Assembly: GCA_973895155.1 (NCBI GenBank)
Contig: OZ316896.1
Location: 2,666,001-2,730,000 of the forward strand
DNA from: Marsupella aquatica
Lineage: Eukaryota > Plantae > Marchantiophyta
Reading direction: 5' to 3'
Length of the DNA stretch: 64,000 nt
The notes under the pieces are model-generated. The model did not search any database, had not been told where the DNA came from, and saw only the letters and a list, made by a program, of their open reading frames with translations. Position 1 is the stretch's first letter. Every line of letters starts with the position of its first letter. Below, piece by piece: positions 24,598 to 38,510 of this stretch. The position numbers were made by a program, and so were the translations under genes.

Positions 24598-26599
24598 TCT
24601 TTAGATAGATTACTTGTTCATTAGATATTCATGGGGATGTCATTATGAATGTTAAAAGGACCCAAAAAAAACTTAACTTTTGTTTCACGAACCGAATTTA
24701 TACTATTGTACTATACGACATAGCAATACGAGCATAGTTCAATTACAGGTTACAGTAACTGGAAGGAGTAAGCGGAGAGAGACTCTGGGACGGGGTCTTT
24801 TGGAGGCGGTTAGCATATCTCGAACGATCGGGACCGTTGAGGTTGGGGACAGGACGGCCAGACGCCATCGATGCAGTGGCTGTGATTCAAGAGCCGTCAT
24901 CATAAAGCGCCTGGGACGCGCGCTGGCGAAGGCGTGATGACGTGGATTTGACGCTACAGCTACAGTCGAGAAGCATGAAGGAAACACCCCTCCACAATAC
25001 AAGAGATTGGATCGGACAGAATTCCTTTCGCTTCGAGACGAACACTGATCGACAAAACATCCTCACTGCGCGCGCGACTGTTTGTGCTCAAATGTGCGAG
25101 TTGGCCGAAACAAATTCGGAGCGCGTGCTCCCGAAATTCGAGGTCTAGACTCGAAGCGCTTGCTGTTGACTGTGTCTTGGATGCTCCCGCTTTGCTGCGG
25201 AAAACGAGGAATTTAGAGGGTGAGCAAGTGAGACGAAAACAGACAACGGGTGAAGAACTTACTGTTGTTGGCAAAGGGCGAGCACGGGAAAGGACGGTGG
25301 AACAGTAGTGAGGCGAGGCGTAGGGCCTGAGGCAAAGGAGGATATAGCTCAGAAGGAGTGGATTTGGAAAGTGTTGACCGAAGTTGGAAAAACTGAGGAG
25401 CAAACTGGGGCCAGAGGGAGGAGATGTGAATGTCTGCTCCGTTGTTTTTGTCGTCGATGTTCTGGTATTGATTTCTCTTGCATTCGGCACGTTGATCTTT
25501 TTACGAAATTCGCATAAACTAAATTGGAAATTTGTTGAGGAAGCGAGTGAATTGAGAGCTGTCATTTGAGAGAGAGAGGTAGAGCGAGCGAGAGAGAGAT
25601 GTCTTTGAAGGAGGGAGAAAGAGACAGAAGCGGGATTACGAAGGAGCTTCGGCGAAAGAGATGAGCAAAACTGGGAAATTCAGAGGAGGCGTGGGGGTGG
25701 AGTTCGGCCAGTACTGCTGGCCTTTCCTGAGTGGATTCTGTGGCAGCTGCAGGCCACAGAGGGAGAGGCACAAATCTCGGATATTTCTGCAACATAGGGG
25801 GAAGCAAGCGATGGTCGACGTTGAACGGATTAAAGACGAGCTGACTAACAAAAGACTAACGACAGTAAGCTGGGCTAGGGGAAGCGTGCGCAGCTAAGCC
25901 GAGCTAAGCGCCAAGGAGAAGGAAGGGGTCGATTGTCATGAGCGAGCGCCTCGACCGAGCTGATTCTTAGCTTGGCTCGACCCCAGAGCCGCATGCAACA
26001 ATCTGCGATCAATTGTTCCAAATGATCTGTCGAGAGCGCTTACGTCCTGGATGAGAAACACGAGTTCGTGCAGACGGAGAAGACAAATTGCTGGTAAGCT
26101 GTCAAAAGATAACGGAGCAAGTTTTACAATTACGGGGCCGGTTAAATTTTTGTCTACAGGGATTCAGTTCCCTTTAACATGCATGAGCAGCTCGATGGTC
26201 CACGAGTTAAGCATCACCAATTTTGCTCTTTACATCATCATTGACACCAGTGCGCTTGTGTCTCGTACCGTACTTCAAAGCAATTTGTGGACCGTGTGAA
26301 GAAACAAGTTATGGTGATCCAGTGCGTATGAAAGAATTGTTTGAGAAGTGTTGAGCATCACTCATTCCTGCTCATCTGTGAACCCTAATGGACTATAATT
26401 CGATTGCGTTAAATAGTTTTCATTTTTCCTTTGGGGGTTGCAACTGTCAAATCCAATACTTGTAGTACGCATTTGAGTTGGCACAGTGTTCTTCTACTTT
26501 TGATATATCTCAGTGGCGTGGCAGGGAGGTTCATGGAGAAGATTGTAGCCTTAAGGTTAATTCCGTAATTTCTTTTTGGTTTTCCCTGTTTCGCAGAGA

Positions 26600-29500
26600 A
26601 TGCTGAAGAACAATGGGCTAAGTGAAGTGCTGCATGATGCCAAATCTTTGCTAGGTCTAGGTGGTGAGAAACTGGTTTCTTCAGGGTTCAGCACGGACTC
26701 CAGAAATGGATTATCAATGGATCGGCCAAGCATAGATGCCCGCAATCTTCTTCGAAGAGCACGATCTATTTCCTCTACTGATGACGACACCGCGACAGCC
26801 ATTCTCCCTAGTCCATTAATACCCAGCGTTAGACGTTTGCACAGCTCACCCAAGAGTTTTGGACCACGCTCAAGTTCAGGATCATCCAATGGCTCAAAGA
26901 CGAACGGGGCAGAAAGTGGGAAGGGGAAAGAATTGCAGCTTGAAAGGACAGGCAGTGACAACGAGCAAAATAAGAGCACGGTGTTGGCTGAAGGTGGAAA
27001 TGGGAAAGAATTACAGCTTGAAAGGACGGACAGTGACAAAGAGAAAAGCAAGGGCAAGGCATTGAGCAGCATTGATGGAGTGGCTTTACGCAACGTTAGT
27101 CCATCTAACGGGTCAGCTGGTTCTTCTCTGTCTAGTTTAAAAGGTGGACCAACAAGGTTGCCTTCAGGCAGAGAAGTATTTCCTGGACCTTCTGCAAGAG
27201 GTGGCGATAACAAGTCACGGTTGAATTTGACCAGATTGAATATTGGTGATGACAATATTGTACAGAAGCAAATCGGTGAGGTGGACTTGGCTCAGGAGGC
27301 AAGAAATGCATGGAAACCGAGAATTAGTATTGAGAATGACGGACTTGAAAGTCTGTCCTGGCCAGCAAAGGGTCACAGAACAGGAGCAGGTGTCCTGGGT
27401 CAACCAAGACAAAATGGGTTAGGGCAGGCGGGGAATTTGGCTCGGAGTGGTGAGAGCGGCCCCAATCTTATATCTCCCGGTCGTTTAGCTAATTTCAATA
27501 GGGCAGAGAAGAAAGACGAGTTTCCACGAGTCGATGGAGGTGGGAGTTACCCTCGGAAGCGCCGCATTGGAGGGGGTGTGCTGCAGGTCGTTCAAGATGA
27601 AGGTACTGGAAGTAGTGGCGATTCTAGTGTACTGGATCCAGCTACGAAGAGGAACCCCAGTGTTGCTTCGGGTACCTCAAATACATCCTCCTGTCCTTCC
27701 CAGTTAAGACAATCAAGGTCGTGGATCAAATTTCTTCTTCAACATCAGTCACAGTGCTCTTCAATTGCCGTCGTTCTGGTAATCAAGCCGCTCCTTGTGT
27801 TTGCATCGCTTATGCGAGACTCTCATTGGCAGCTTCTCGTCGTTTCCCACCCTCTTTATCACGTCTGAGAATTGGAAAGAAGTTTAGCATGAAGGTTTTG
27901 TGTTACATTTGTGCAAGGCCTATTAAATGTTATCGACTTCCAGAAATCTTACCGTCATACTCTGCGGTGCGCAACTACTTAATCACTACTAGGCCCTATG
28001 GTCTGTTTCGTACTGCTGGGCCTATTGATCTGTTTGATGAAGTTTCCTGGACACTGACACAATGGGCTCGTCGTATTCTTTGCAGCTTTTAATTTTCTTT
28101 ATTTTGTCAGTTCTGTATGCCATCGCCGTAAGTGAGCAAGTCATGCACTTAGAGGTATGTCCTCCTTGCTGTTCTCTGGTCAATTGTTTTTGCTACATTT
28201 GTCCATGTGAGGGTCTCACATGGGATAAAGACTGCGAAAATAGGTCCATGTACTTCGGGCAAACGTGTCGCTACTTGTCAGCTATTGAGATCAGAAGTGA
28301 TTTTTGCCTGTTGTGGGGCTCGTCGGTTAGAACTGGTGATTGGGTGTGATATACTAGTGCTCATTTGTCTTACTACAATAGATCATCATATTTCAGTCTG
28401 GGTTAAACCCGTTTTCTGGGAGTTTGCTCTTGTATGAATCAGTTGCAGTTTGAAGTTTTTCCTTCGCCTTTCATTTGATTGAAGTTCTGTGGCTTTTCTG
28501 TTTGTACTCGTTACAGAGAAGAAACAATGAGCTTGCGGACAGGATGAAAGAATGCTCAGCAGGTGGCTCTTGGCATACGAAGATAGTCGAGTCTGTTAAA
28601 GTAGAAGACGTGGAGGATGGAGAGGATCCCACTGGAATTGCAATGCGAAAGTTTGCACTTCTAGTATCACTTTTCGTTCTGTCCTTCCCCTATCTAATCT
28701 ACAAGTATGTCGATGTGATTCCGAGATTGGGTTCAAAGAACGGAACTGGAGAAGAAGAGGTGCCTCTGAGCAAGCGGCTCGCATACCGCATAGATGTTCT
28801 GTTCTCTTCCATAGCTTTCTTCAAGCCATTGGCCCTTCTTGTGGCGACTATAGTTTTAATCGGAATTGGAGGGATTGCACTCTTTGGAGTCAGCGGTGAA
28901 AATTTGTGGGATGCCTTTTGGCGTGCGTGGACATATGTTGCTGATGCAGGGAATCACGCGGACAGTTCTGGGACTGGACAGAGAATTGTTGCAATCTGCA
29001 TCAGCTTCGGTGGCATGCTCATCTTTGCCCTCATGCTGGGACTAGTCTCAGATGCTATCTCAGAAAAGGTGGACTCTTTGCGTAAAGGCAAGAGTGAAGT
29101 TATTGAAAGGAACCATACCCTTGTCCTGGGCTGGAGTGACAAACTGGTAATTACTGCACTTTAGTCTTGAAACTTGCCGTTCTGAGAACAAATGCGCTGG
29201 ATTATTGGTGGAGGGTGCCGAAGCAAAGCCAATTCTCTTGTACTCATGAAATCCTGTTCAGTAGCAAAGGTTTGCATAGCATTCACCGATATGTCTCTCA
29301 ATTGCTCAGCTACGACAAACTTAAGCAGCCCCATTCCTCCATGTCCTGAAGTGTAATGGATATGATTACCTAAACCGAAATTTTCCCATGTCATGGGAGG
29401 CACGTGATGGGTATTGTCAGTTGTACTCATGGGGCAACATGACAGTTGCGTTGACAATCCGAAGAGAGATCATCATTTTTCCACGCTTCATATTGCTGCC

Positions 29501-32500
29501 TTTGTTGACCCTGGGTTTGTCTTAGGTTCTTTCTCGTAAAAATGACCTTAAAAACTTCGTCATATTGACATTAAAGGCATGATCATCTACTTGACTTTAT
29601 GTTGACTTAGGAGACGATTAAGGTCGGAAATGGCAATTGAGTTCATCCAAATGTTTTGCAAAGGTGCACTTTCATCAGCTCTCTACTGATCACTGAATCA
29701 GGCAGGGAAACTTCTAGCAAACATGAAGGTTAAACCGGGCTTCAATTTCAGAGCAACCTCTGTTTTCTACTAAGCACAAGTTCACGTATAAAGTACTTCG
29801 AGTAAACTTTTAGCAAACATGAAGGTCAATCCGGGCTTCAATTTCAGAGCAGCCTCTGTTTATACTAAGCACAAGTTCACGTATAAACCCTGTAAAGAAA
29901 TCACGCGTGTAGAAGGAACTTAATGGTGTACCTTTTTGGATTTCAGGGTTCGCTGCTGAAGCAGCTGTCCATCGCAAACCAAAGCTTGGGTGGAGGTGTG
30001 GTAGTCGTGCTTGCTGAACTTGAGAAGGAAAAAATGGAAATTGACATTGCCAAAATGGAATTCGATTTTATGGGGACTTCTGTAATATGTAGAAGTGGCA
30101 GCCCCTTAATCATGGCTGACTTGAAGAAGGTGACGGAGCTGCCGTATTTTTCACTTATTTATATTTACACTAGGAGATATACATAAGTGATATGACCAAC
30201 CTACTTGATTCTTTCTGGGTTTAGACACACCTTTCCAAGTGAAAATCATCCTTTGCACTGTTCTGGTTGGGACAGGTCTCAGTTTCCAAAGCTCGTGCAA
30301 TAATCGTACTGGCAGAAGTCGAAAATGCTGATCAGGTACTTTCAAATGTGATAAAGTTTCAGTGGTCTTGACATACCTGATCGTTCGGTCATGATTCTTG
30401 CCACTGCACCTGGGAAAGCCTTTTGATTTAGGGCCAGCCTTTTGATTAAGGGCCAAAGTTGCTTGTTATCGTTTTTGATAATACGGTTCTGGTACATTGA
30501 AGTTTTTCGAAAACCTTGGTATTCAATTGCAGATCAAGTACGGTGCTCTGTCGTTGATTAGGGAGATTCATGTCTTCGAATTTGGCAATGTGCAGAGTGA
30601 CGCACGGGTTTTGCGGGTTGTTTTGAGTCTAACTGGTGTGAAAGAAGGATTGAGGGGCCATATTGTAGTAGAGCTTAGCGATCTCGACAATGAGCAGTTG
30701 GTGAAGCTTGTTGGTGGCGACTTAGTGGAGACAGTTGTTGCACACGATGTGATTGGACGTCTTATGATTCAATGTGCTCGTCAACCTGGACTTGCGCAGG
30801 TTTGCTGCCTACGTATCCATATTATCATAAATGTCTTCTGGCAGTTCTTGTTACTGGAGTCGTTCTTTACATTGTGCCTTTTCTAATTTAGGATTTAATG
30901 GCGCTATTTCCTATGGGAGTCTGACGTAGTGTGTTCTATAATTTGATGATCACAACTTGGCATTTGCTGTCTGCAGATATGGGAGGATATTCTTGGTTTC
31001 GACAATGCTGAGTTTTATGTGAAGAGGTGGCCTCAGCTGGATGGAATGAGGTTTGAGGAGGTGCTGCTTAGCTTCCCAGATGCAATCCCTTGCGGTGTCA
31101 AAGTTGCTGCCAGGAAAGGGCAGATTGTACTCAACCCTGACGATGAGTATGTGCTCCGTGAGGGGGATGAGCTACTCGCCATCGCTGAAGATGATGACAC
31201 TTACTTCCCTTGCCCTGTTCCAAAGGTACAGTATTCGCTACAAAGTTGTCCTTGACTTGGATGAACATTTGTTCGACATGGGGCAGGGTCAATTGGAGTG
31301 TTGAAGACAGATGTCCAAGCTGAGATGTGCTGTATGCCCAGTTTGCACCTTGGGCCTGTTCCTGATTGGCATCATGGATAATGGCATTGTTGTTCCTAGC
31401 AACTGTGTTCGATAATTGTGTCCCTATACGAATGGTGGAAGCTTAACCCTGATTCTGTAATATTGCAGGTGCGGAAAGGCTCATTGCCAAAAGTAGTTCA
31501 TCCACCGAAACTGCCTGAGAAAATTCTCTTTTGCGGTTGGCGCCGAGACATAGATGACATGGTTATGGTGGGATACTATCTTTGTATCAATTAATTAACC
31601 ATAGTCAGCGTTGATGGCTTGGATTATGAAGGCCTGTTATCTGCGTAGGGCATTGATTTGGTCCCTTATCAGTTGTAAGACGTATCTTAAAGTGCTACGT
31701 AGAATTGCCAAAATCAAAATTGACCTGACAATGTGAACAATTGTGGACATATGCAGGTTCTTGATGCATTCTTAGCACAAGGCTCTGAACTGTGGATGTT
31801 TAATGAGGTGGCAACTAACGAACGGCAAAAGAAATTAATGGATGGTGGATTGAATACCCAATTGTTAAACAATATTCAGCTTGTGCACCGTGAAGGCAAT
31901 GCTGTCATCCGTCGTCATCTCGAGAGCCTACCCCTGGAGACGTTTGACTCGGTGAGTGTTACCTACTTGTTTGTGCTGGGATGAACTTGCTATGACCAGC
32001 TATGATTTGGTCATAGCAAACTCTATTTGAGTGTGCAAGATATAGAAGCAGAGGTGCTTGTCTTCTTCTCCTGACTATCAGTTTTGGTTTTCTCTCTAGA
32101 TCTTGATCCTTGCGGATGAAGCGTTGGAAGACAATGTTATAAATGCCGATTCTAGATCGTTAGCGACTCTCCTCCTCATCCGTGACATTCAGGTGCTCAA
32201 TTCTCAACGCCCTAAGGGACAACTAGATGCTTTCCTCAATGCGCATGAATCAAAGTCAACCCAGATTTAGAAATATCTGCTAGGTCAGCAATGTTTAATC
32301 TTGATCAAGTAGGTTGATCCCAATTGAAAATGTAGAATGTAAGTCGGAAACAACCATAGGAGAATTCTTCTTTATGGAATGCAAATGGTTCAGATGTTTG
32401 TCTATCTTGGAATGAATATATATTTGTGGCTTCTAAAATGAAGATTTTATTTGTCCTTTGTGGGATCAACAGTCAAGGCGCATGCCGTACAAGGAGCAAC

Positions 32501-33290
32501 CCAAAACTTTGCAGGTGTACCAGCCGGGAGGATCACAGTGGATAAGGGAAATGCAACAAGCATCTGATCAGTCAATTATTATCAGTGAAATCTTGGACTC
32601 CCGCACTAAGCATCTTGTGTCAGTATCGAAGATTAGTGATTATGTGCTCTCCAATGAGCTTATTAGCATGGCTTTGGCTATGGTGGCTGAAGATAAACAG
32701 ATCAACCGTGTCCTTGAGGAGCTTTTTGCAGAAGAGGTAGGGCTTTCTCTGGGCTTTCTCTGGGTACTATCGAAATGGAATGCAAGCGGCCAGGGTCTAT
32801 CGAGAAAGTCAAACTCCTAAAGGGAATGAGTCAACAAATCTCATAGATCTGCACGCTGAAAGAGACTTGGAGATTAGTGACCCGTCTCGCCATCAGCTGT
32901 ACTGTTTGCTCGAGATGTACTTGAAAGGATCGCATAATGCTCCTAGAGACGCTTTACTCTGTCTTATGGCACCATGAGTGACAGGAATTTGAAGCACGAT
33001 TTAATCAATTCGGCAAAGCATTTTGAACAAGAATAGGCAGTTCATGGCACTAATAAGTTGTCGCTGTGCAGGGGAACGAGATGTACATTCGACCAGGAGA
33101 AATGTATTTATATGATCAGGAAGAACTTTCTTTTTATGATATCATGGCCCGTGCTAGGCAGAGACACGAAATTGTGATTGGTTACCGCCTGGCGACACAA
33201 GATAGGGCAATCATCAATCCCCCTAACAAGCTTGCTACTAGGAAGTGGTCTCTTGGGGACGTATTCGTTGTATTGGCTCAGGATGAATAG
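26600..33290 (+). CDS. DMI1: DMI1/CASTOR/POLLUX family nuclear-envelope cation channel, about 1130 aa, 13 coding exons (26600-27671, 27833-27894, 28086-28154, 28517-29146, 29947-30129, 30276-30335, 30596-30799, 30977-31225, 31469-31567, 31757-31951, 32100-32192, 32473-32736, 33072-33290)
   Basis: Diagnostic blocks EEVPLSKRLAYRIDV, WTYVADAGNHAD, ISFGGMLIFALMLGLVSDAISEKVDSLRKGKSEVIE, CRSGSPLIMADLKKVSVSKARAIIVLA, SDARVLRVVLSL, ETVVAHDVIGRLMIQCARQPGLAQIWEDILGF and SRSLATLLLIRDIQ. All introns are GT-AG and in phase; the N-terminal exons and start codon are less certain. Confidence 0.95.
29708..29887. repeat. Intronic duplication, about 85 bp x2 (period about 96 bp)
   Basis: aaactt(c/t)tagcaaacatgaaggt...agcacaagttcacgtataaa occurs twice inside DMI1 intron 4. 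Confidence 0.9.
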
Positions 33291-36059
33291 GGTTAGTAGC
33301 GTGGTAGTTCACATCATCTGTAGGTGTGTAGCTAAGGTCAGAGTTAGTGCTTGAGCAGGAAACTGAGTCGGGAAATACTTACCAGGCAGGTTAGTCTATT
33401 ATTCCCAATAGATGAGCAGTCTCACCCAACAATTCTTGCTACGAGGATGTAGAACACAGATACCAGAAGGGGTACTCGGTGTAGCTTATGTTAGCGAAGA
33501 ACCATAGCCATGAGATCATTGTGAGCTATGTATTACTGAAGACATCATACGAGGATCATGCAATTTGTGGCCAATTTTTGTGACATTGGTTGACCACACC
33601 AACAATGAGGTTACCTACAAAGAACTGCTTACTTTGTAGCCATTTCTACAAATTGTAAAGGCACCGTGGGAATGTTTTTATCAGAAAGGTGTCGACGTCT
33701 ACCTGTGTAACCGGGTATGTCATCTGTACTGCAGCGTCTTGCACCTTTGCATGTTTTACCGTCGCAGGTTTTATCGAGGAAAGGTGAAAGTGGATGGTAA
33801 CTGGACATGGGTCAGCTGTCGAGATATTATTTACTGGTATTTTCTCCTCTGTTCTTTCTGGCTGATGGTTTGGACAATGGAGATCGCGATGGAATAAAAT
33901 TCCTCGTTGGAGATAGAGGAAAAGAAATGGTAAGGAAAGTTATTCCCACAGGAAGTTCCCTGAACCTGAACCCAATTGTGCAGGGTTTTCTGATGCAGTA
34001 AATCAGTAGTACAGAAGGTAGGAGGAGACCTGGCTATGCTGATGGAGACGTCCTCAACTACGGTTTTAATCGCTACTGCATTATTAGTTTTTCATGGCTT
34101 AGTCTTGAATATTACTTCAACGTATAGGCAGTCTATTGTCTACAGGAAAGAGATCCCATTTTCCAATGCAAACTCAAGACGGCGAGAGCAACTATTTTTG
34201 TTAATACTATCGTAAATTCAGCAATCTCGTTTTGTTACAGTTACTGATCCGATTATGAAAACACTCACTGGATTCAGAACTTTCCTGCACGCTAGGAATG
34301 AAAAATTACATCTCGCACCGAGGTATGAACCACCTGGAAGTTGTTCTCCGTGAGTAAACCTCTAGCTGGTCTATCGTGTTGAAGATAGCTACTCCTCCAT
34401 GGTTAGAATCAAATTGAAGGTCTTCATAGAAATAATCCTTGTGATATTAAGATCAAAGGACACATTTTTATCTCCCAGTTGAAGGTGCTCCGATGGCTCT
34501 TTTCTTAAGTGAATGCTAATTTGTAAAGAACTGGAACGACTGTTCCATGCATTACTATAACACATCTTCAGATAATTGTAACGCTCAACAATCTTCCAAT
34601 TCTCCTGATCAAAATTGGACCTGCAGGAGCTTGTAGAGCGTATGTAATGGAACGGTAATTTTGAACGAACCACACACACTCACCTGCTCACTGAACTGTA
34701 CCCGTTACCCAGTTTAACTTGCATGGGCTTTGAGGTGGCGACCAATGCACAATTGCATGGCCTTGTTTTAATTATGTCCTTCCGTGGCCAAGTTACACAT
34801 TGGGCATAGAACATCGACTTGTACAGACACGCATTCATTTTTGAGAGGGACTCAGTTGCAGTGAGGTACTACATGTAATAATATGCCTTCACTTTTCAAC
34901 GTGGCGTTCATAGTTCATTGCCAGTATCCAATTGCCTTCCAGATCTCGACCTTTGTAATGAGGTTTTCAAAATTGTCCCTCAGAGAGAACCCATTACTTT
35001 TTTTCACCATTTTGGGCACATCCCAAGTTTTTCTATCATTGCTATATGGTTGGAACCAGGTTACATTTGAGGAGGTGTTATTGCCCACAATGGTTACCAG
35101 GTCTACATTATTAAATGTACTTATTGTCAAAATCATATTGGCACAGACTTTATTGTATTGTTCTCCTTCTTGACACTAAGAGCGTTACTATTGTCACCAA
35201 TTCAATTGTTACTTATTGTGAACACAAGACTTTGGTCAAGGGCCTTCTAACTCTTCTATCGTTACCTTTTGACACTCCCTATGACTCAGGATCCAATTGG
35301 GCATCTCAAAGCTGACAATTTGAGGTACCTTAATTCCCTAGCTACAGGTTACAGACACACAAAGTTAGTTATGGACTACAAAATTCATCCTAAACTATAA
35401 TACACTGTTGCGCCTTTTTTAAACCTTGGTCGTCATTCAAAAATACACTGCCAAAAAAAGAAGTAATCAACAAAGAGAAGGGATAAAACTAAAACCAAAT
35501 TAAATATAGAGTGAACCAAAAAGTACAGGAAATCTTTTCACACAAACAGTAATCAATTGGTGGACACGCAAAACAAAAAATGTAACTAACCCCTGTTGCA
35601 TGTACTTTTCACACAAACAGGAATCTAATGATGGAAACAAAAGACAAAAAAGGTACCTAAAGCTGTTGTATGCAAGAGTATCATAAGTCACTATATACCA
35701 TATCCTCTAAAAATGGATATGGTATTATTTACAAACTCAAGAAAAAATCGAAACAATCCTAGGTCTTAAATAAAACTTTGTTTTTCTGCAACTGTAGGAT
35801 CCATCCAGGTCTCTATTAATCTCAATTATCTCTGCCCAAGCTACCCATACCTTACCCAAACCTAACCAAGAAAAAACTTATTTGAAAATTAATTAAAACC
35901 TTAATTATTAAAATTGAGACTTAATGAATTGGATAATAACTTTAAATTTATATTCTTGAGTATAAATAATATATATGATATTAATTTCTCTAAAAATTTT
36001 AAATAAAAAACATATTTTTTTCTGTCACTTGGTTGTGCTTGGACTCTATGTTGCCATGA

Positions 36060-38510
36060 CTATTATCTCAGTCTCTACCTTGCCTTGACATATTTTTCTC
36101 ATGACAATTTTTTCTCACCCTCAACATCGTTTAGGTCCTTGATGTTTGTTTCTCTCCTCCTTGATATATTTTCACACCTGACTCAATATCTTTTCTCACC
36201 TTGACATCTTTATCTCACCTTCACATTTTTCTCTCACCCTCTACATGTTTTCTCTCCTCAACGTCTTTTTTTCACCTCGCCATGTTTTTTCTCTCCTCGA
36301 CATCTTTTCTTCACCTTGACTTCATTGTCTCACCTCAACATCTCTTTTTCTCATTGACATTTGTTTTCACCTCGACATCTGACCTGTTTCTCACCTTCAC
36401 ATTTTTATCTCACCACAACATCTTTCCCTCACTCTTGACATCTTTTCCTCATCTTCACATATTTTTCTCATATCGTCATCTTTTCTCTCCTTGACATAGT
36501 TTTTGCTCTACTTCTTTTTCTTAGCTCAACATCTTTTTTTCTCATCAACATCTTTGTTCACCTCAACATCTTTTTCCCACCTCAACATTTCTCTCTTTGA
36601 CATATTTTTCTCACTTCAACTTCTTTTTCTCACCTCAACATCTATTTTTCACTTCAACATCTTTTTCTCACCACACCATCTTTCGTGCAACTTTTGTCCT
36701 AACGTCTTTTTTACTTAACAACAACTTTTCTCTTAACGACATCTTGGGCAATGTGGCATTTCTTTTCATAAGGACATATTGGGTGCCACAACATTTTTTT
36801 TCTTAACAATATCTTGGTTGATTCGATATCTTTTGTCTTAAGGACATTTTGGATGACACAATATCATTTTTCTTAAGTACATCTTTGGTGACACAATATC
36901 TTTTTTCTTTATTAATGACAAATTGGGCGACACAACATTGGGTGACACAACATTGGGCGACACAACAATGGGCGACACAACATTTTTGTTGTCATGACAT
37001 CTTCAGCTGGGCGACACGACATTTTCTTTCTTAACGACATCTTGGGCGACACCACATATTTTTTTCTTAACGACGTCTTGGGCAACACAACATATTTTTT
37101 CTTAACTACATTGTGGGCAACACAACATCTTTTTGTCTTAACATCTTAGAGGATACAACATCTTGGGAGACACGACATCTTTTGTGCAACGCACGGGTAT
37201 TGAGCTATACACATATAGTACACAGTTGCTTCACTTTTTAGAGTGTTTGTAGTTCAAATTTGAAGGGCAAAAAAAATTTTAAAAATTGGTCAAAGGTAAG
37301 CAATAAAGCCAAAGTGTGAATTGAGGTTAGTGTGAATCGCAAAAAGTTGCACCAGTGCCCAAGACAAGCAAGAATAATCATACTAGACACAGAAAAGAAG
37401 AAATGATAGACTTTAACACAATGCAAAAAGATCAATGCACTAGGATCAACTAAATACATCCATGCAAGTAAGTATTGTACATATTCATTGTACATATTCA
37501 ATATTGTGTGCATCATAATTTTTTGTAATACTGGCAAGAGTAGTTTAATTGCTAATAATGTTTTAGTCACTAGATCAAATAAAAACTACTCTCCCAATAT
37601 TTGTGGTGATTTTTACAGTCATTTGCAGTGTCATTTTCAATGCCAAAAAACAAAAATAATAAGGCCCAGAGACATAGTGAAGCGCATGGCATGGGTGATG
37701 ATGGCAAGGTGTCGGGCGAGGGGTACACTCGCAAAGTAGGGTAGCCCCTTGATCTCACATGGGTGGGGAGGGGGGGGGGCGACAAAGAGTGGAGTGATGG
37801 TGGATGTGAAAAAGAGAAGACCCAAAAATAGGAAAATGGGGAATTTAAAGGGGGAGGTTAAGGTACACCTCTCATTTTGTTATACTTTTGTGGTTGTCTT
37901 TAACCAAACAACATCTTTTATGCAACGCACGGGGATTGAAAGGATACTGACATAATAATCATCTTTGATAAACCCTATACCTGAAACCGATAATATAACG
38001 TTGTGCCAATTTATAGAGTGGTTGTCATTCAAATGCAGGGGCTTTTTGGGTGAAAAAAGAAAAACAATGAAAAAGACTTGCTCCTTCTCTCCTTGAATTT
38101 TTATTTCAAAACATCTTTCACATAATGACAACTTGGATGAAACGACACCTTTTTTCTTATAACATCTTTTACTTCACGATATCTTTGGCAAAATGACACA
38201 TTTTTCTTAACAACATATTTCACATAATGACATCTTTGGCAAATGACTTCTTTTTTCTTAACAACATCTTTTTACTCCATGACATCTTTCACATAACAAC
38301 ATCTTGGGCAACATGACATCTTTTGTGCAGCACATGGGTTATTTCTCTCAACAATGTCTCGGCCGACACAACATCTTTTGTCTCCACGACCACTTGGCCC
38401 ACATGCCATATTTTCTCTCAACGACCTCTTGGCCGACATGACATCTTTTTTTCTCAACAACATCTTGGCCAACACAATTTCTTTTGTGCAACGCACGAGT
38501 ATTGAGCTAG
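36060..38510 (+). mobile_element. Helitron-derived region with a degenerate pyrimidine-rich minisatellite and repeated 3' termini
   Basis: Plant Helitron-type 3' end GTGCAACGCACGAG...GAGCTAG|T at 38486-38511, with decayed copies at about 37184-37209 and 37921-37940. The interior consists of many ctcaacatcttttt and gggcgacacaacat units; no Rep/helicase ORF is visible. Confidence 0.65.

Noticed and set aside
24739-25565. Minus-strand ORFs of 201 aa and 87 aa upstream of DMI1
   Set aside because: No recognisable motif, and composition fits GA/CT-rich promoter or UTR sequence. A divergent transcript cannot be excluded without RNA data.
26557-27255. 232-aa antisense ORF
   Set aside because: Shadow of DMI1 exon 1.
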